52,000 bases of DNA from Nemertoderma westbladi (taxonomy: Eukaryota; Animalia; Xenacoelomorpha), in the NCBI GenBank assembly GCA_032718475.1, contig JAUCBJ010001423.1:1-52000 (forward strand), in the 5' to 3' direction. Under the pieces are notes generated by a model that was given only the letters and a program-made list of their open reading frames with translations, did not search any database and was not told the DNA's origin. Positions 22,602 to 35,879 of the stretch are shown here, piece by piece. Each line of letters begins with the position of its first letter. Position 1 is the stretch's first letter. Position numbers and translations under genes: made by a program.

Positions 22602-25600
22602 TGCGCCGCAATAAACAACTTATGAATATAAAATCACATTTCCACCCTTTTATTACTTGCCTCTGGGGTATTTTATTTCGAAATGTAACGGAAGAAATAA
22701 TAGCAATAAAAATATAGATGCTACTAGAAATTACACAGATGTTATTATGCTTGATACTTGTACCTTCCTTGACTGTGTGTATCGCTTACTATGAACGAGC
22801 CACAGCCAGGCATTGAGTCATGTAGACCAACGTACCTACCCAACGTTAGACCGAAACCGAACTGCTACGAGAACCGTACAGCCGTAGTTCTGTAATTGTC
22901 AGTTGGTATACCGCCTACCGGTAGAGGTTAGCTTCTATAACGTTAACGACTGCACAGCAGTACAATACAGTAGTAACTGCAGTCCCCAATACAGCAGTAG
23001 TGCTGCGGCTGCACGCAAATTTAAATATGTAAAAAGATATGTAACATTTATTCAAATTACAACATTTTTAATGCCAAAATAATATTTTCACCCCTCTTTC
23101 TATTTTGAATTCAGATTGTGTTCAGATAACAGCCCACACTGTATAAAATCAAAATATTTTAATTTCAGTAGAAATTGTAGACATTTATAAAAAGTGCTCA
23201 GGGGGGGATATCCCCCCCCCCCCCCACCCCCCCTAAGATGGACCGACTAAAATGATTTGTGATTCTGTGATTTCATTTACGACGTCAGTTTTAATGTTTG
23301 GTGGTATCTAATATGTCTGTATGACGGTTTATCTGTCTGTCAGTCATCTAAATTTTACTGAATCCTTATCCATGCAATTATATTTCGACTTTCGACAGAC
23401 TACTAAATGTTTTTGGTCTAATTTTTTTTTTAAGTTGAAAATGCTGCACCCGTGTAGGCCTAATCTAAAGAAATCTAAAACCTTTAGTACTGTATGTTAA
23501 AATATAAAACAGGCTTTCCCAACCCAAATATTTCAGTTGTCTAAGTCACACTCGAATTTTAAATTTTCCTATAGTATAACTACCCTGTGTATCCGACGAA
23601 ATCTGCTTATTTGTAACCGACGGATCTTCGAATTTAATCTAAATTTATAATCAACCACCCAATTTAAAAGTATTATTTACTATCATTATCATTGTTCTAA
23701 CATGGCTAATAATTATTGCAGGGTATGTCTATGTTTGCTTACCTTACATTTATGTAGTAACTGCAATTAATTGCAAAAAATGAATAAGAATTTCATCAAT
23801 AGATTGGCCTTACTCGTAAACAGGGCAATTTTACAGTTAATACCGGTATAGCAGCCAGCTGTCAAAAGAGCTACGATAAGTTGACATACTATAATGTAAT
23901 ACAATTACTTACACAAAGTGCACTTTTTATATTAAAGACCTTTGTTTATCATTCAATCCAGCATGTAGGCTATATTTGCATTTTGGTTAAAAATTTTGAG
24001 ACAGGGGGAAACTGGACGCCAATCCAATCTCGGCCAATTAATATCCCGCCTCAATGTTAAATTCTAAATTTAAGGAAAGGAGCAGGTTACAGTAGCACGT
24101 TATTTTAACCAAAACAATAAACTAAGCACAATAGAACAGGTTACAGTTTATTTTTGAGAGTAATCAGCTATTATTCGTGTCGATTTTCCCCTGGAGTGTG
24201 ATGACTTTTGTTTTCATCGAAAGTCCTACCTATCTGAAAATTTTATTATATTGTTTATTATAAAATATTACACAATTTAAGAACACATATTGAAATATAT
24301 ATCATATTGAAATGATAACTAAAGGTGACTTAATATTGATGCGGGGGGGGGGGGGGGTATCTGCGCGTTTCATATTTTGTCGGCGCGCTATCCGGCGCTT
24401 TTTGATGGATTCCATACAGAAGGCAGGGGGGTTGTCTACAGTATGTTTGGTTGGAAGCCTGAAGTGTACTCCCACACATTACAAGGCGTTTTAATTAGTT
24501 AGTGGTTCATTGGTGGGGAATCTTAGTAGTGAAATTAAGAAAACAATAGCAATTACAACGCATTTAAATTTCATTTTAATTATATATACACAACAAAAAT
24601 ATTACAGGCTGTAAATACAAATACAGTACGACGTTTCAATTAAAGGGTCACACATCACACACTCTTCTATCAAACTCTGAAAAGAGTGTCACCGACGGAC
24701 ATATTTCAATGACTAATATAGAGTATATCAGATTCGCCTTAAAATAACTAATTTGTTACCGTCAGATGATGTGAACACAACCAAAGGGCAATAATGTCTT
24801 AAACAGATAAGACCCCAGTACATAAAATAGTGGCAAAATTTCACTCACCTAAACAAGACGTCTGAAATTAACATAATTTTTTGTTTCAAAAACTAACTTA
24901 CAGTAACTGTAACGTTACATAATTTTTCATGCAATTTGGAATACAATTACAACATTTGAATGCATAACATGGAATTTATTTTATTGAAATTTAAAAAATG
25001 ACAAGAAAGTGGTACCATTTTCAATTATCGTCCATTGAAGCTGCATTATACTGTACAATACTAATACGTCAGTATAGTAGTAGTAGTATAAGTAGTACCG
25101 TAAGAAGTACCGTAAGTAAGCCTAGCAAACAGCGACAACTACTGCACTACCTCACTCACTACAGGACTACAGCGGCTGTTGCTGTGTTGGGAGGCCTACA
25201 GTATGTCTGTAGTCTGTACAGTGCACAGTGTACCTACTGACCTACGTACAGCTCTAGGCACAAAACGTGAATTCAAAAACTAAACATGAATATCTGAAAT
25301 CTGAATATATCAGCAGCATACTGGTGTACTGGCATAGCTCAGTTAGTTTCACATACACATGACCCATGACTGCGCATCTGTGCATGAGAATACCGTTACT
25401 GCGGAAGTGCATACTGCATAGACCAGTTGTAGACGTAGTATTCGGTAGGTTTGGTTAGATCCGTTGCCTATTTCACATCACAGTTTCGGCATTTCCGCAT
25501 TTGCACTAATTCATTCCCATTGGCAGATTGGTATTACCGCCTACCGGTAGCGATTCATTTAAAACACACAGACTCAGACACATGTATTCGGATTATCGTA

Positions 25601-25792
25601 TCAGTTCAGTACCGCTAGCTGTACCGGTAGTCGGTACCCACCGTACTGACTGACTGAGAGACTGTGATTGACGTAAGTCTGTAAGTAAGCCTACTGGCTG
25701 ACAGGAAACTAGTGAATCTTACTTTATTTTCGGTTGCATTTTTGCGTTTCATGAGAACACGAAAGACCAAATTGCTAAACTGCCACCAGGAC

Positions 25793-26701
25793 CCAGGTTG
25801 GAATTCATGCTGCAAAACTCGGACGCGTACCTGCGCGAATGACCGCAAACCAGATGCGCGTTGCGCGTTTGGGTGAGACAGGTGCGCGTTCGGGTGTGAG
25901 ACAGGTGCGCGTTGCGCCTCAGCGCGCAGCTCTGCCTCTGATGCGCACCACAAATTAATTGAAATCACGAAAATACACAAAAAAATTTCGCTCGCTACGC
26001 TCGCATTAGTTTCTCATTTCCAATTCTTCAAACAGTCAAATCACTTCACCATAATACTGTAATACCGGCAACCGGAGCTGAATTTGTCTATTTATTTTAA
26101 CTACAGTACTCTATTGTTGTATTGTTATTAGGTCTATGGTCTATGCTATGCCGATGTTACGTTAGTAAACAGGTAAAGTCAGAAAGTAACAATGTATTAT
26201 AAGTATGACTTAATTATAAGCCAACTGTATGTTTAAGCCTAATTGTTAGGTAGGCCTATACAAAGTATTATTGACAGACTGGTACCTATTTCAATATTCG
26301 TTTTTTTGAAATTACCGGTACATGTTTTGTTTGTAATCTAAAATAATATTTTCTGTTATAAAAGCAGTGAGCCCGATGGGCCACCATAGTAGTGGATTAA
26401 AAAAATATTTTTTAATATTAACAATTTTGATGTTGCAAAAATTACATTTATTATGTAAGCCTAGATTCAACGTACAGAGAGACAGACGTAAAGATAAGCT
26501 TAAAACGCTCAAACTTGTAAAATAGGAATGTAAAATTGTTCTTATGAACTGTGCGATTTTTTGAGATATGCATGACATGAGCTGCGCGATTTTGTTTGGA
26601 TTATGACATATGATGAGGTGCGCGACGAGCCAATTTCAGGTGCGCGGTGATTTCAAAACAACAAAGCGTACCTGCGCGCTCATGCATGAATTCCAACCTG
26701 G
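25793..26701. mobile_element. Non-autonomous TIR element, 8-bp TSD, GCGCG-rich subtermini
   Basis: Perfect 18-bp TIR CCAGGTTGGAATTCATGC. TSD ACCAGGAC at 25785-92 and 26702-09. Absent from copy A (about 865). Confidence 0.9.
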
Positions 26702-26881
26702 ACCAGGACCAGCCAGCCAGCCAGCAACCGATCAGCCGATAGTTGCGCATGTTTACTGAGGATGTAGCGTTGCGAGATTATGACCAGCAGTCACAACGAA
26801 TATATCAGAGTTCCTATATCCAGACATATAGTCCTTTCACCTCTCTGCCTCTGTCGCCGCGTAAAACTCCATGGCTTAGCT

Positions 26882-28501
26882 CCAGGTTGGAATTTATGTA
26901 GAGTTTGCTCAACATGTGTGGCGCGCATTTAGGATCCTGGCGCGAAGGAACAGGGGCGTGTGGCGCGCATTTAGGATCCTGGCGCGAAGGAACAGGGGCG
27001 TGTGGCGCGCATTGAGGATCCTGGCGCGGAAATGGATGTCATGTACAGTAGCAAAATGCATTGACATGGCAACATATCCACTATCCAGCCACTCTACTTG
27101 AAATTATACCGGTCTGCCAGTAGAGCCTATTTTTAAAAAGAGTTAGGCCTAGGCCAGACTGGAATCCATACACTTTGCGCCGGATTAATCCGGCGCACTT
27201 TGCAATAAAAGCGCGCCAATGTGGCGCGTGGCGCGCTCGAAAATCGTAAAGCGCGCCGACTTTGGCGCGTGGCGCGCTTGAAAATCGTAAAGCGCGCCGG
27301 CTTTCAGCTTTGGCGCGTGGCGCTCCCAAAAATAAAAACCGGCGCCGATTTGTTAGTTTACAGGTTTAACAATTATGGATAGGCCTAAGTGCCTTAAAAA
27401 TAGCATTAGCTGTTTAAAAATTTTGGCTCACTTCGCTCGCCTTGCCTTTTCCGTTGTATGGTTCAGTGGTTAGGCTACTGTTGTATACAGATATAGGGCA
27501 GCAGGGACTGGTACAGCAGTACTGACTGACATTGACAGATTGGTTACACTCCTTCAAAATTGAATTTGCATTGGCGTGGCGCTCTTCAAAATTGTTTCAA
27601 TGTGTGGCGCGCTTAAAAATTTAGTTGGCGCGCTATCCGGCGCACTTTTTGGATGGATTCCATACAGGGGCCTAGGCCTTAAAAATGTTCGCTCGCTTCG
27701 ATCGCATGCTTGTGTTTTATGCCTGCCTGCTATACTGCTGTACGCTCTACTGTTATTCATCATTCTAATAACTATAATACTGTAATAGGGATATTTGATC
27801 ACAGTGATATTTTAATACAGTATTTGTTTATTAACCTATAGAAGTAGTTCCGTGCCTTGAACAGTTTTGCACTCCCACATTATGGACAAACCGATAGATT
27901 GAGCATTGAAGGTACCGTATCCAATCCATGTTAATCATCATGGCCAATCACACCAAAGTTTTAATGTCTTGCAAAATATGAGTTCTTTGAAAGGTTTTTC
28001 AATTGTTCACACCAATATAGCCTAAAACCACGATTCAGCAGATTTTTCGTGCTCGCTACACTCCGATGTAATTCATAATCACATATGTAGGTAAAAAATA
28101 GTCGGTTGACCAAAAAATTTTAAAATTTTCTTGCTCGCTACGCTCGCAATTTAGTCACATCTGTATTTACTGATTTAAAAACAGTCGGTTGACCTACTAT
28201 CTGAATATTACAGTACCGTATTACTGCAGTACTGTACGCCTATTCATGTTTACATTTCTGCAAAATGTTCTTGCTCGCTCCGCTCGCATTTTCATGTTAA
28301 AATACTGTATGAATGGGTCTAGCTCTAGGTCTGTAGCGTAGGTACTGCAGTATAAACTGATAAATGATTACAATACAGCAATAATTGCAAAACTTAATGG
28401 TCAACCTTTCAATGGTTGGCGCGCATTGAATGTCATGGCTGGCGCGCTTTTCGTTTAACCAGAATCCGTGTGATGCGCTTTTTGTCAATATTCCATATAG
28501 G
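26882..28501. mobile_element. Non-autonomous TIR element of the same family, with 42-bp tandem repeats at 26917-27030
   Basis: Ends CCAGGTTGGAAT / ATTCCATATAGG. TSD GCTTAGCT / GGTTAGCT. Empty site GGTTAGCT at about 1062 in copy A. Confidence 0.85.
27154..27668. mobile_element. Nested element of the same family
   Basis: Ends CCAGACTGGAATCCAT / ATGGATTCCATACAGG. Perfect TSD GGCCTAGG at 27146-53 and 27669-76. Confidence 0.85.
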
Positions 28502-28596
28502 GGTTAGCTAGCGAACTTCCATGGATTGTAGATTAGGAAAATCGTCTGCTCGGGAAACTTATGGATAGGCCTATGGAAGTGTTAGAATTTACCAAA

Positions 28597-29673
28597 GGAC
28601 AATTCGGTCCCGGAAAATTCGGTCCCGGACAATTCGGTCCGGACAATTCGGTCCCAGACAATTCGGTCCCGGACAATTCGGTCCCAAAACACTAAATAAA
28701 TGGGACCGAATTGTCCGGGACCGAATTGTCCGGGACCGAATTGTCCTAGGACCGAATTGTCCTAGGACCGAATTGTCCGGGACCGAATTGTCCGGTTCCT
28801 TATAGCAACTTTTTAGTGCTTTTTTGATATTGGTGAATGTTCTAGAACATTAGTAGAGATATTTGTTATGGTAGCTAGTGATATTTACTTGCTAGAATTT
28901 TTTAAAATTTTTTTATTTTTGTTATTGGTAGTGTTCGAGAACATTATTATATATTATTTATTAAGGTGCAGCTAGTGTTTTTTTTTTACTAGCTAGCATT
29001 TCCTTGAAATTATAAAAATACCTGTGAAAACATTGATATTTCAGAATTAGGCCTAAACTGTTGCTGATTATATTAATTACCAACAATATTGATGATATTA
29101 TAACAGTCCCTGAATGAGATCCAGCTATTATCTAGGATAATAATTTAGGCTTGTTAACCAACCAACAACACATACATTATACATACGCAGTATATAAAAA
29201 AATCAGTTTTAAACATTTTAAATACATACTATTACTAGCTAGTAAATAAATCACAAGCTCCATAAAAACACCATAGCTACCATAACTAATAATGTTAACA
29301 AAAAAAGTAAATTTTTTTTATTAAAAAAAAAATACTAGCTAGCAAAAAAAACACTAGCTACCATATAATAATATATATTAAGGTTCTAGAACATTCACCA
29401 TTATATAGTACCAATTAAATTTGGTCCCGGACAATTCGGTCCCGGACAATTCGGTCCTGGACAATTCGGTCCCGGACAATTCGGTCCCATTAATATGCAT
29501 GTTTTGGGACCGAATTGTCCTAGTCAGTATCCGGACAATTCGGTCCCGGACAATTCGGTCCCGGACAATTCGGTCCCAAAACATAAAGTTAATGGGACCG
29601 AATTGTCCGGGACCGAATTGTCCGGGACCGAATTGTCCGGACCGAATTGTCCGGGACCGAATTGTCCTGCTTC
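28597..29673. repeat. Composite of palindromic cassettes built from 15-bp GGACAATTCGGTCCC repeats (MITE-like)
   Basis: Head-to-head arrays at 28597-28799, 29422-29520 and 29533-29673. The intervening AT-rich DNA is itself loosely inverted. Confidence 0.85.
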
Positions 29674-30612
29674 CGATTGGTCGGTCTCAGTTTAAAGTTT
29701 TACTCTTTTTGTCGCACTTGTCACATAAAAAACATATGTGTATCACATGTGAACATTCCACATATGGATCACATTTGACAACACTGTCTGACTGTAACAT
29801 TTACATATATGTATCACATGTCGAATTATTTATGGCAACCATATATGAAACACATACTCATGTTTAACTGGGATTATTGGTTTTATATTGATCACATTAC
29901 TGCATTACAGCATTAAATTATGAATTTTGTCGTTTTTAAAACTCTGCAAAAACAGCGTTGCCTGTTCCAGGGATCGAACCAGGGCCTCCTACGTGGAAGC
30001 CTAAGGTTGTCACCACTAGACAATGAGGCTGCTTAAAAATGACAATTAGTTGTGGTAAATTGCGGTAAGTTGCGGTAAATTGCGGTAAATTGCGGTTTTT
30101 AGTAGGACCCCGATCCCATGCGTTTTAAATCGAATTCATATTTTTTTCTAAAAAATGTTCTAGAACAAAAAATATTTCTTCTAGAACATACTTTTTTTAA
30201 AAAATGAATAGCTAACATGTTCTGGAATATTTCCTATATAAATAGAAAAAAGAACTAGCTACTATAAAATATTTATAGAAGGAAGTAGGATATCGGAACC
30301 AGTGTTGAAATTACTAGCTAAACCTACCTAAAACACTAGCTAGGTACCATAACTTTTTTTATTTTGCTTAAACGAGGAGGCTTCAATTACGTCCAAACCA
30401 AATTGCAATAAATGAAAATTTATAGAACTCTCCTCATGCCTGCACACACACAGTACAGCAGTACGCTATCGGTTATAATCCAGCCTCCATAAAGGTACTC
30501 CAGGTACTAGAGGTACTCCAGCACCCTGAATTGTATATACAATAGGCCTGGTATATAATCAAATCATCTTTATTATTGGAATTTATTGATACAGTTTATT
30601 ATAGATTTGAAA

Positions 30613-32523
30613 ATGAATCAACATGTTAATGTATTGGAAGATAAATCATCTGGTGCCGATATAATTATAAAGAAAGAATCAACCGACTCTATAATTATAA
30701 AGAAAGACCCAACAGACTCTATAATCATCAAGAAAGAACCAACAGACTCAATAATTATCAAGAAAGAACCAACAGACTGTGTTCCCTATTCTCGTGAAGT
30801 TAAACAAGATAACTGCGTTTACAGATCATCTCCCATCGAAGATCACAACAATTTGTCCGTTGGAGTAGATGATGTCCCTGTACTAGATGACGAAGATATT
30901 TCTTATGCACCATCTCGAGATTCCTTTGTTATCGAAAAACGGGAAAACGACAGTCCAGATTGTCATTATGGTAGGCCTATTGAAACTGAAGGTACAAACA
31001 TTCGTGGTCAGCCTGCTTCTGGGTTGCAATTTAGCAGTTTAAAATCTGAAGGTTGTTTAGTTACTGAGCCATTAACAGAAACTCGAACTGCTAAAGAACA
31101 ATTTAACGTTGCTGGTTCCTCTCGTGACAACGTTGATCTTTACAGATCTACTAAACCGACAATCAGTTGTGCAACAACAGAGACTGTTAGTTCAAATAAA
31201 ACTGTTGGAGAGTTCCAATCACCTTCAGATACCAGTTACTGCTTCTATTGCAATGAATTATTTAATGACAAAGGACATTTAGAGAGACATATAAAATCCG
31301 TTCATAAAGAAGTTAAGAAGAAGTATAAATGCGATTATTGTGAGAAACTGTTTACAAGTAAGAGTTATGTGAATATTCATATCGATTTTATCCATAAAGA
31401 TGTCAAACATAAATGCGGTTATTGTAACAAAGAATTCAGTTACAAAAGCAACCTAAAGTGTCACATCGACTCTGTCCATGAAGGTATGAAGTACAAGTAC
31501 AACTGCTTCGATTGTGGAAAATTATTTGATACCAAATCCGGTCTAAGACGACATATCGACTCTAACCATAAAGGCATAAAGTATAATTGCGGTTATTGTG
31601 GTAAAGAATACAGTCAGCAAAGGTATCTAAAGGCCCATGTCAACTACATTCATAAAGATGTAAAGTACAGCTGCTCAGATTGTGGGAAATCGTTTCGTAC
31701 AAAATACGCCCTTAAGCGACATGTGGGCTCTTACCATAAAGATATCAAACATAAATGCGGTTATTGTAATAAAGAATTCATTAAGCAAAGCTCCGTAAAG
31801 GCCCATGTCAACTACATTCATAAAGATGTAAAGTACAGCTGCTTTGATTGTGATAAATCATTTGCTACAAAAAGTGATGTAAAAAAACATATCGACTCCA
31901 TTCACAAAGGTATCAAGTACAGCTGCTTTGATTGTGATAAATCATTTGGTACAAAAAGCGGTTTACAAAAACATATCGACTCCATTCACAAAGGTATCAA
32001 GTACAGCTGTTTCGATTGTGGGAAATCGTTTGGTAGTAAAGCCGATCTAAAAAAACATATCGACCCCATTCACAAAGGTATCAAGTACAGCTGTTTCGAT
32101 TGTGGGAAATCATTTGTTACAAAAGCCGCCCTAAAACTTCATGTCGACTCTATTCATAAAGATATCAAGTACAGCTGCTCCGATTGTGGAAAATCGTTTG
32201 GTACAAAAAATGATCTAAAACGACATATCGACTCCATTCACAAAGGTATCAAGTACAGCTGTTTCGATTGTGGGAAATCATTTGTTACAAAGGCCGCCCT
32301 AAAACGGCATGTCGATTCTATTCATAAAGATATCAAGTACAGCTGCTTTGATTGTGGGAAATCATTTGGTAGAAAAGGCGAACTAAAACTACATGTCGAC
32401 TCTATTCATAAAGATATCAAGTACAGCTGCTCCGATTGTGGAAAATCCTTTGTTACAAACCCCAATCTAAAACGACATGTTGTCTCTAAACATAAAGGCT
32501 CAAACCAAATTTCACCCACATAG
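30613..32523 (+). CDS. C2H2 zinc-finger protein, copy B (15 fingers)
   Basis: Paralog of 4839-7076 with a near-identical N-terminal half, an intact frame and a different finger complement. Confidence 0.93.
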   Translation: MNQHVNVLEDKSSGADIIIKKESTDSIIIKKDPTDSIIIKKEPTDSIIIKKEPTDCVPYSREVKQDNCVYRSSPIEDHNNLSVGVDDVPVLDDEDISYAPSRDSFVIEKRENDSPDCHYGRPIETEGTNIRGQPASGLQFSSLKSEGCLVTEPLTETRTAKEQFNVAGSSRDNVDLYRSTKPTISCATTETVSSNKTVGEFQSPSDTSYCFYCNELFNDKGHLERHIKSVHKEVKKKYKCDYCEKLFTSKSYVNIHIDFIHKDVKHKCGYCNKEFSYKSNLKCHIDSVHEGMKYKYNCFDCGKLFDTKSGLRRHIDSNHKGIKYNCGYCGKEYSQQRYLKAHVNYIHKDVKYSCSDCGKSFRTKYALKRHVGSYHKDIKHKCGYCNKEFIKQSSVKAHVNYIHKDVKYSCFDCDKSFATKSDVKKHIDSIHKGIKYSCFDCDKSFGTKSGLQKHIDSIHKGIKYSCFDCGKSFGSKADLKKHIDPIHKGIKYSCFDCGKSFVTKAALKLHVDSIHKDIKYSCSDCGKSFGTKNDLKRHIDSIHKGIKYSCFDCGKSFVTKAALKRHVDSIHKDIKYSCFDCGKSFGRKGELKLHVDSIHKDIKYSCSDCGKSFVTNPNLKRHVVSKHKGSNQISPT

Positions 32524-32704
32524 ATTCTATAAACCCACACCACCAAACCCACATATATCTTTATGTTACCGGGAACGAAATTGTTGTATTTGTTTGTACT
32601 GAACTATATTTGTATCTGATCATTATTCGGTATACATTTAGTGTGAAATAATATAAACTGAATGAATAAATAAAATTGAATAAATATATTGAATTAAATT
32701 AAAT

Positions 32705-33075
32705 TGAATTTCGCGCTAAACAATCTCCTATTGGTTAATATTTATTATGTCAATAATCAATAACCAATTGGTTATAATCGATAATTAAGACATGTTCTAA
32801 GGTCTAAAAATTACGCTGAATCCATTTCTCCAGTGATAATTAGAAAATAGTTAAGAATTAGAGATACATTTAGTTATTTAAATATATTTATTATATTAAC
32901 TAACAATTTTATTAAATTAGTGGAATATTTAAATAGCTGTATCTCAAAAACTAAAAGTCGTAAAGCGATGCAAATTTCACCATTAAAATCACCGTAAAAT
33001 TATGTATTAGATAAAATTAAAAATAAAAAACGTCAAAATTGTACACTTCTCGGTGAACCCCCCCCCCCCCCCCCC
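32705..33075. mobile_element. Right-arm remnant of the Kolobok-like foldback
   Basis: Matches about 8270-8639 and ends in a C-run plus TTAA. The left arm is missing in copy B. Confidence 0.8.
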
Positions 33076-35319
33076 TTAAGAAAAAAGAAAACAATTTAAA
33101 AATTAAAATTGACATCGGAAATGGTATCAGCGACTAGGAAAACTCCATATCATAAATTATACTAAAGTGGTGTGCTTACTTATTTATTGTCTGTCGTCTG
33201 TGAGATTGACAGTCAGACAGACAAACAGACAGCCCAGATGTCATCAAACATTAAAACAGATATCAGAAATGAAATCAACAACTACGAAAACCCCTAAATC
33301 GTAAATTTTGGTTCGTTGGAGTAGTGTTAATACAGTAGTAACACTAAGGTACAGTACTAAGAAAAGGTGCTTAATAATAAATGCTGTGCCTTCTATATTC
33401 GACGTTATGTCATTTACTTCGAAATTCACAGTGAGCTTTGCATGATTTTTAAGTAATGACAATGTTGTCAGATAACCCTGCCTCAACCCTTCCAATTTTT
33501 TTTATACTAGCTAGTTTTTAAAAAGTTAAAAAATAGGAAAATTGAAGAACTATTTCTGTTCCAGAATATGTTTGCAAAGTATGCAATTAGCTACAGTATA
33601 TACCTAGTAAAAATCCCCTTCCAATTAGTCGAGTAGACGCTTGGTACATTTTACTGACGAACCGTTCTCCAGCGTATGACTGCAATTTTATTTGCTCATG
33701 ATGTTGTTCCACATTATAACAATACATTTTCGCTATATAAAGACTTTGGGAAAGGTTGAGCAATTTTTTTTATTGCCGTTTGTTTGGAGGATAAAATCAT
33801 AACAAAATTACCAAAAAAATGTTAATCTATGTAGAGAATGTGTTAGCAACTACATTAAACATTCTAGAATATTATGTTTTTATGATTCAAAACATTGCAG
33901 TAATAAGTTACATTTGATTTAGGCAATGAAAATAACCTTAAAGAGAGTTGGAGGCGACGAGTGCTTTGACTAAAATAATTAAAAAATATTGTGATTAATA
34001 GTGACATTTAGTTTTGAGAAAGATTGCCTGATACACGGACCAAGATGTTTCATAACTCTTTCGCTCCAAGTGCTATTAGATATCTAATAAACAATGAGAT
34101 ACCGATTTTCATGCAATGATATTTTATTTATTTTTATGTAATCTGTGTTTGTGATTAACGGTAATTTTCCTATTTACATTCCTCCATATGTACAGGAAAT
34201 AAAACGAATTATTCATTCATTCATTCATTCATCTGGATCTACCGCCTTATGTAAGGCGATAGATCCAAAAAATCCAAAAGTTGGAAACGCTAGAAAAATG
34301 CAGCGATAGCAATATGAGAAAGGACTTTTGCCATTTGCGAAACAAGATTGCCACGATATGAAGAATTAGCTGGAAATTTGAAGATTCCGTTGGATTTGGG
34401 AGATGGTGAGCTTGAAGACATAACTATTTTGGGAACCCGATTCTATCGAAGTTGTTACGTCAATTTTAAAGGTAATATACTCAATGTACACCACCATTTA
34501 ATATATAGAATATTGTATAATACTTATATTTAAAATGATTTGTATTTTCGCTTTACAATTGTTGTTGGAAGAGAATTTTAAAACGTCTCCATCACCACGG
34601 CCCTATCAAGCATTATTGATCATTTTATACTACTTTTTATGTAGCTATTTTTAAGTTTTGATACATATAAATGTTCTGGAACATATTGCCGTTACCCAAC
34701 ATTTATACAATATTATTGTATTTTTTTTTAAATATTTCAGATTTTATTTATTTATTTTAAAATATGGCAGATTTTTTTTGTTATGATAGAAATATTTTTT
34801 CAACTTTATTTGTTTATAACATAGGCCTATACATGGAATACTAAATATACACGGAACCGCATTAGTGTTATTTTTTCGGCCCCGAATTTTTTTTCAATAA
34901 AATGGTAGTATATGCCATAGAAACCTCAGAAAAAAAATTTAAGCAAATTTGACCGGAGCGTTTCCATGGAAACCGGGCAAACATAAAATTTCTAGGTTTT
35001 GCCATGAATTAATTATTTTTTGCATCTACTACCCTATTTATTTTGATCCTATTTATTTTTATTTTTAGCACAGGTAACTATAGCAACGAGGTAAAATCTA
35101 TTAATATATATATATATTAAATATATTTAAATAAACACTGCTGTGGAAGATAATTTTGACACTTTTATTAGTTTTATATATTACCCCCCCCCCCCCCCCC
35201 CCCCCCCCCCTATTGATACAATTTAATATCAATTCAATTTACAATTAAATATAATATTGTGGTGTACTGTAGTGATTGTGGCACTACATGTGTCGAAAAC
35301 CTTATTAAACCCTGCAGTA

Positions 35320-35531
35320 ATAACCGAACAGGCCGAAATATGAGATCTGTTTCATCGAACTGTTTACAGGTTTATCCAGCTCGAACAACGTTTGCTAGAC
35401 GATCATTTAGCTATGCAGCACCGATGGTTTGGAATGCACTGACTTGTGACCTGAGAGATCCAAGTATTACACTTGAGATGTTTAAAGCTAGACTGAAAAC
35501 ACACTTTTTTAATCTGTATTTTAACTCATAA
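35320..35531 (+). pseudogene. 3'-terminal fragment of a CR1/L2-group LINE ORF2
   Basis: RTTFARRSFSYAAPMVWNAL...FKARLKTHFF is the characteristic C-terminal motif. Confidence 0.7.
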
Positions 35532-35879
35532 TTGTTGCAAAGTTTTTAATTTGGAAATTATTTATAAAAATTATAATTTTACACATATTTATTATTAAAG
35601 GGATAACAATACAGAACTATGATGCTACATTTGATTGGCAGGTTATGGCGAGTTATCTTCTAGATCACACAGCAGGAGGCTAACCTGTATGTGGCTAACC
35701 TGTGTGTATATTTAGTATTCCATGGCCTATATAAAAAAAATGTGAATAAAACGCAATATAAAAAAGCAACATTCTCTAAGTGAGGCCTAATCCTATATAG
35801 AATCATTTTATTGTAGGACGATTTTGGATTTTTTATTTTATTTTATTGTTCCTATATTTTGGCAGCTACCACAAGCAGA

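Noticed and set aside
29378-29867. Repetitive ORFs (PDNSV, GPNCP, RDRIV)
   Set aside because: They are by-products of the 15-bp repeat.
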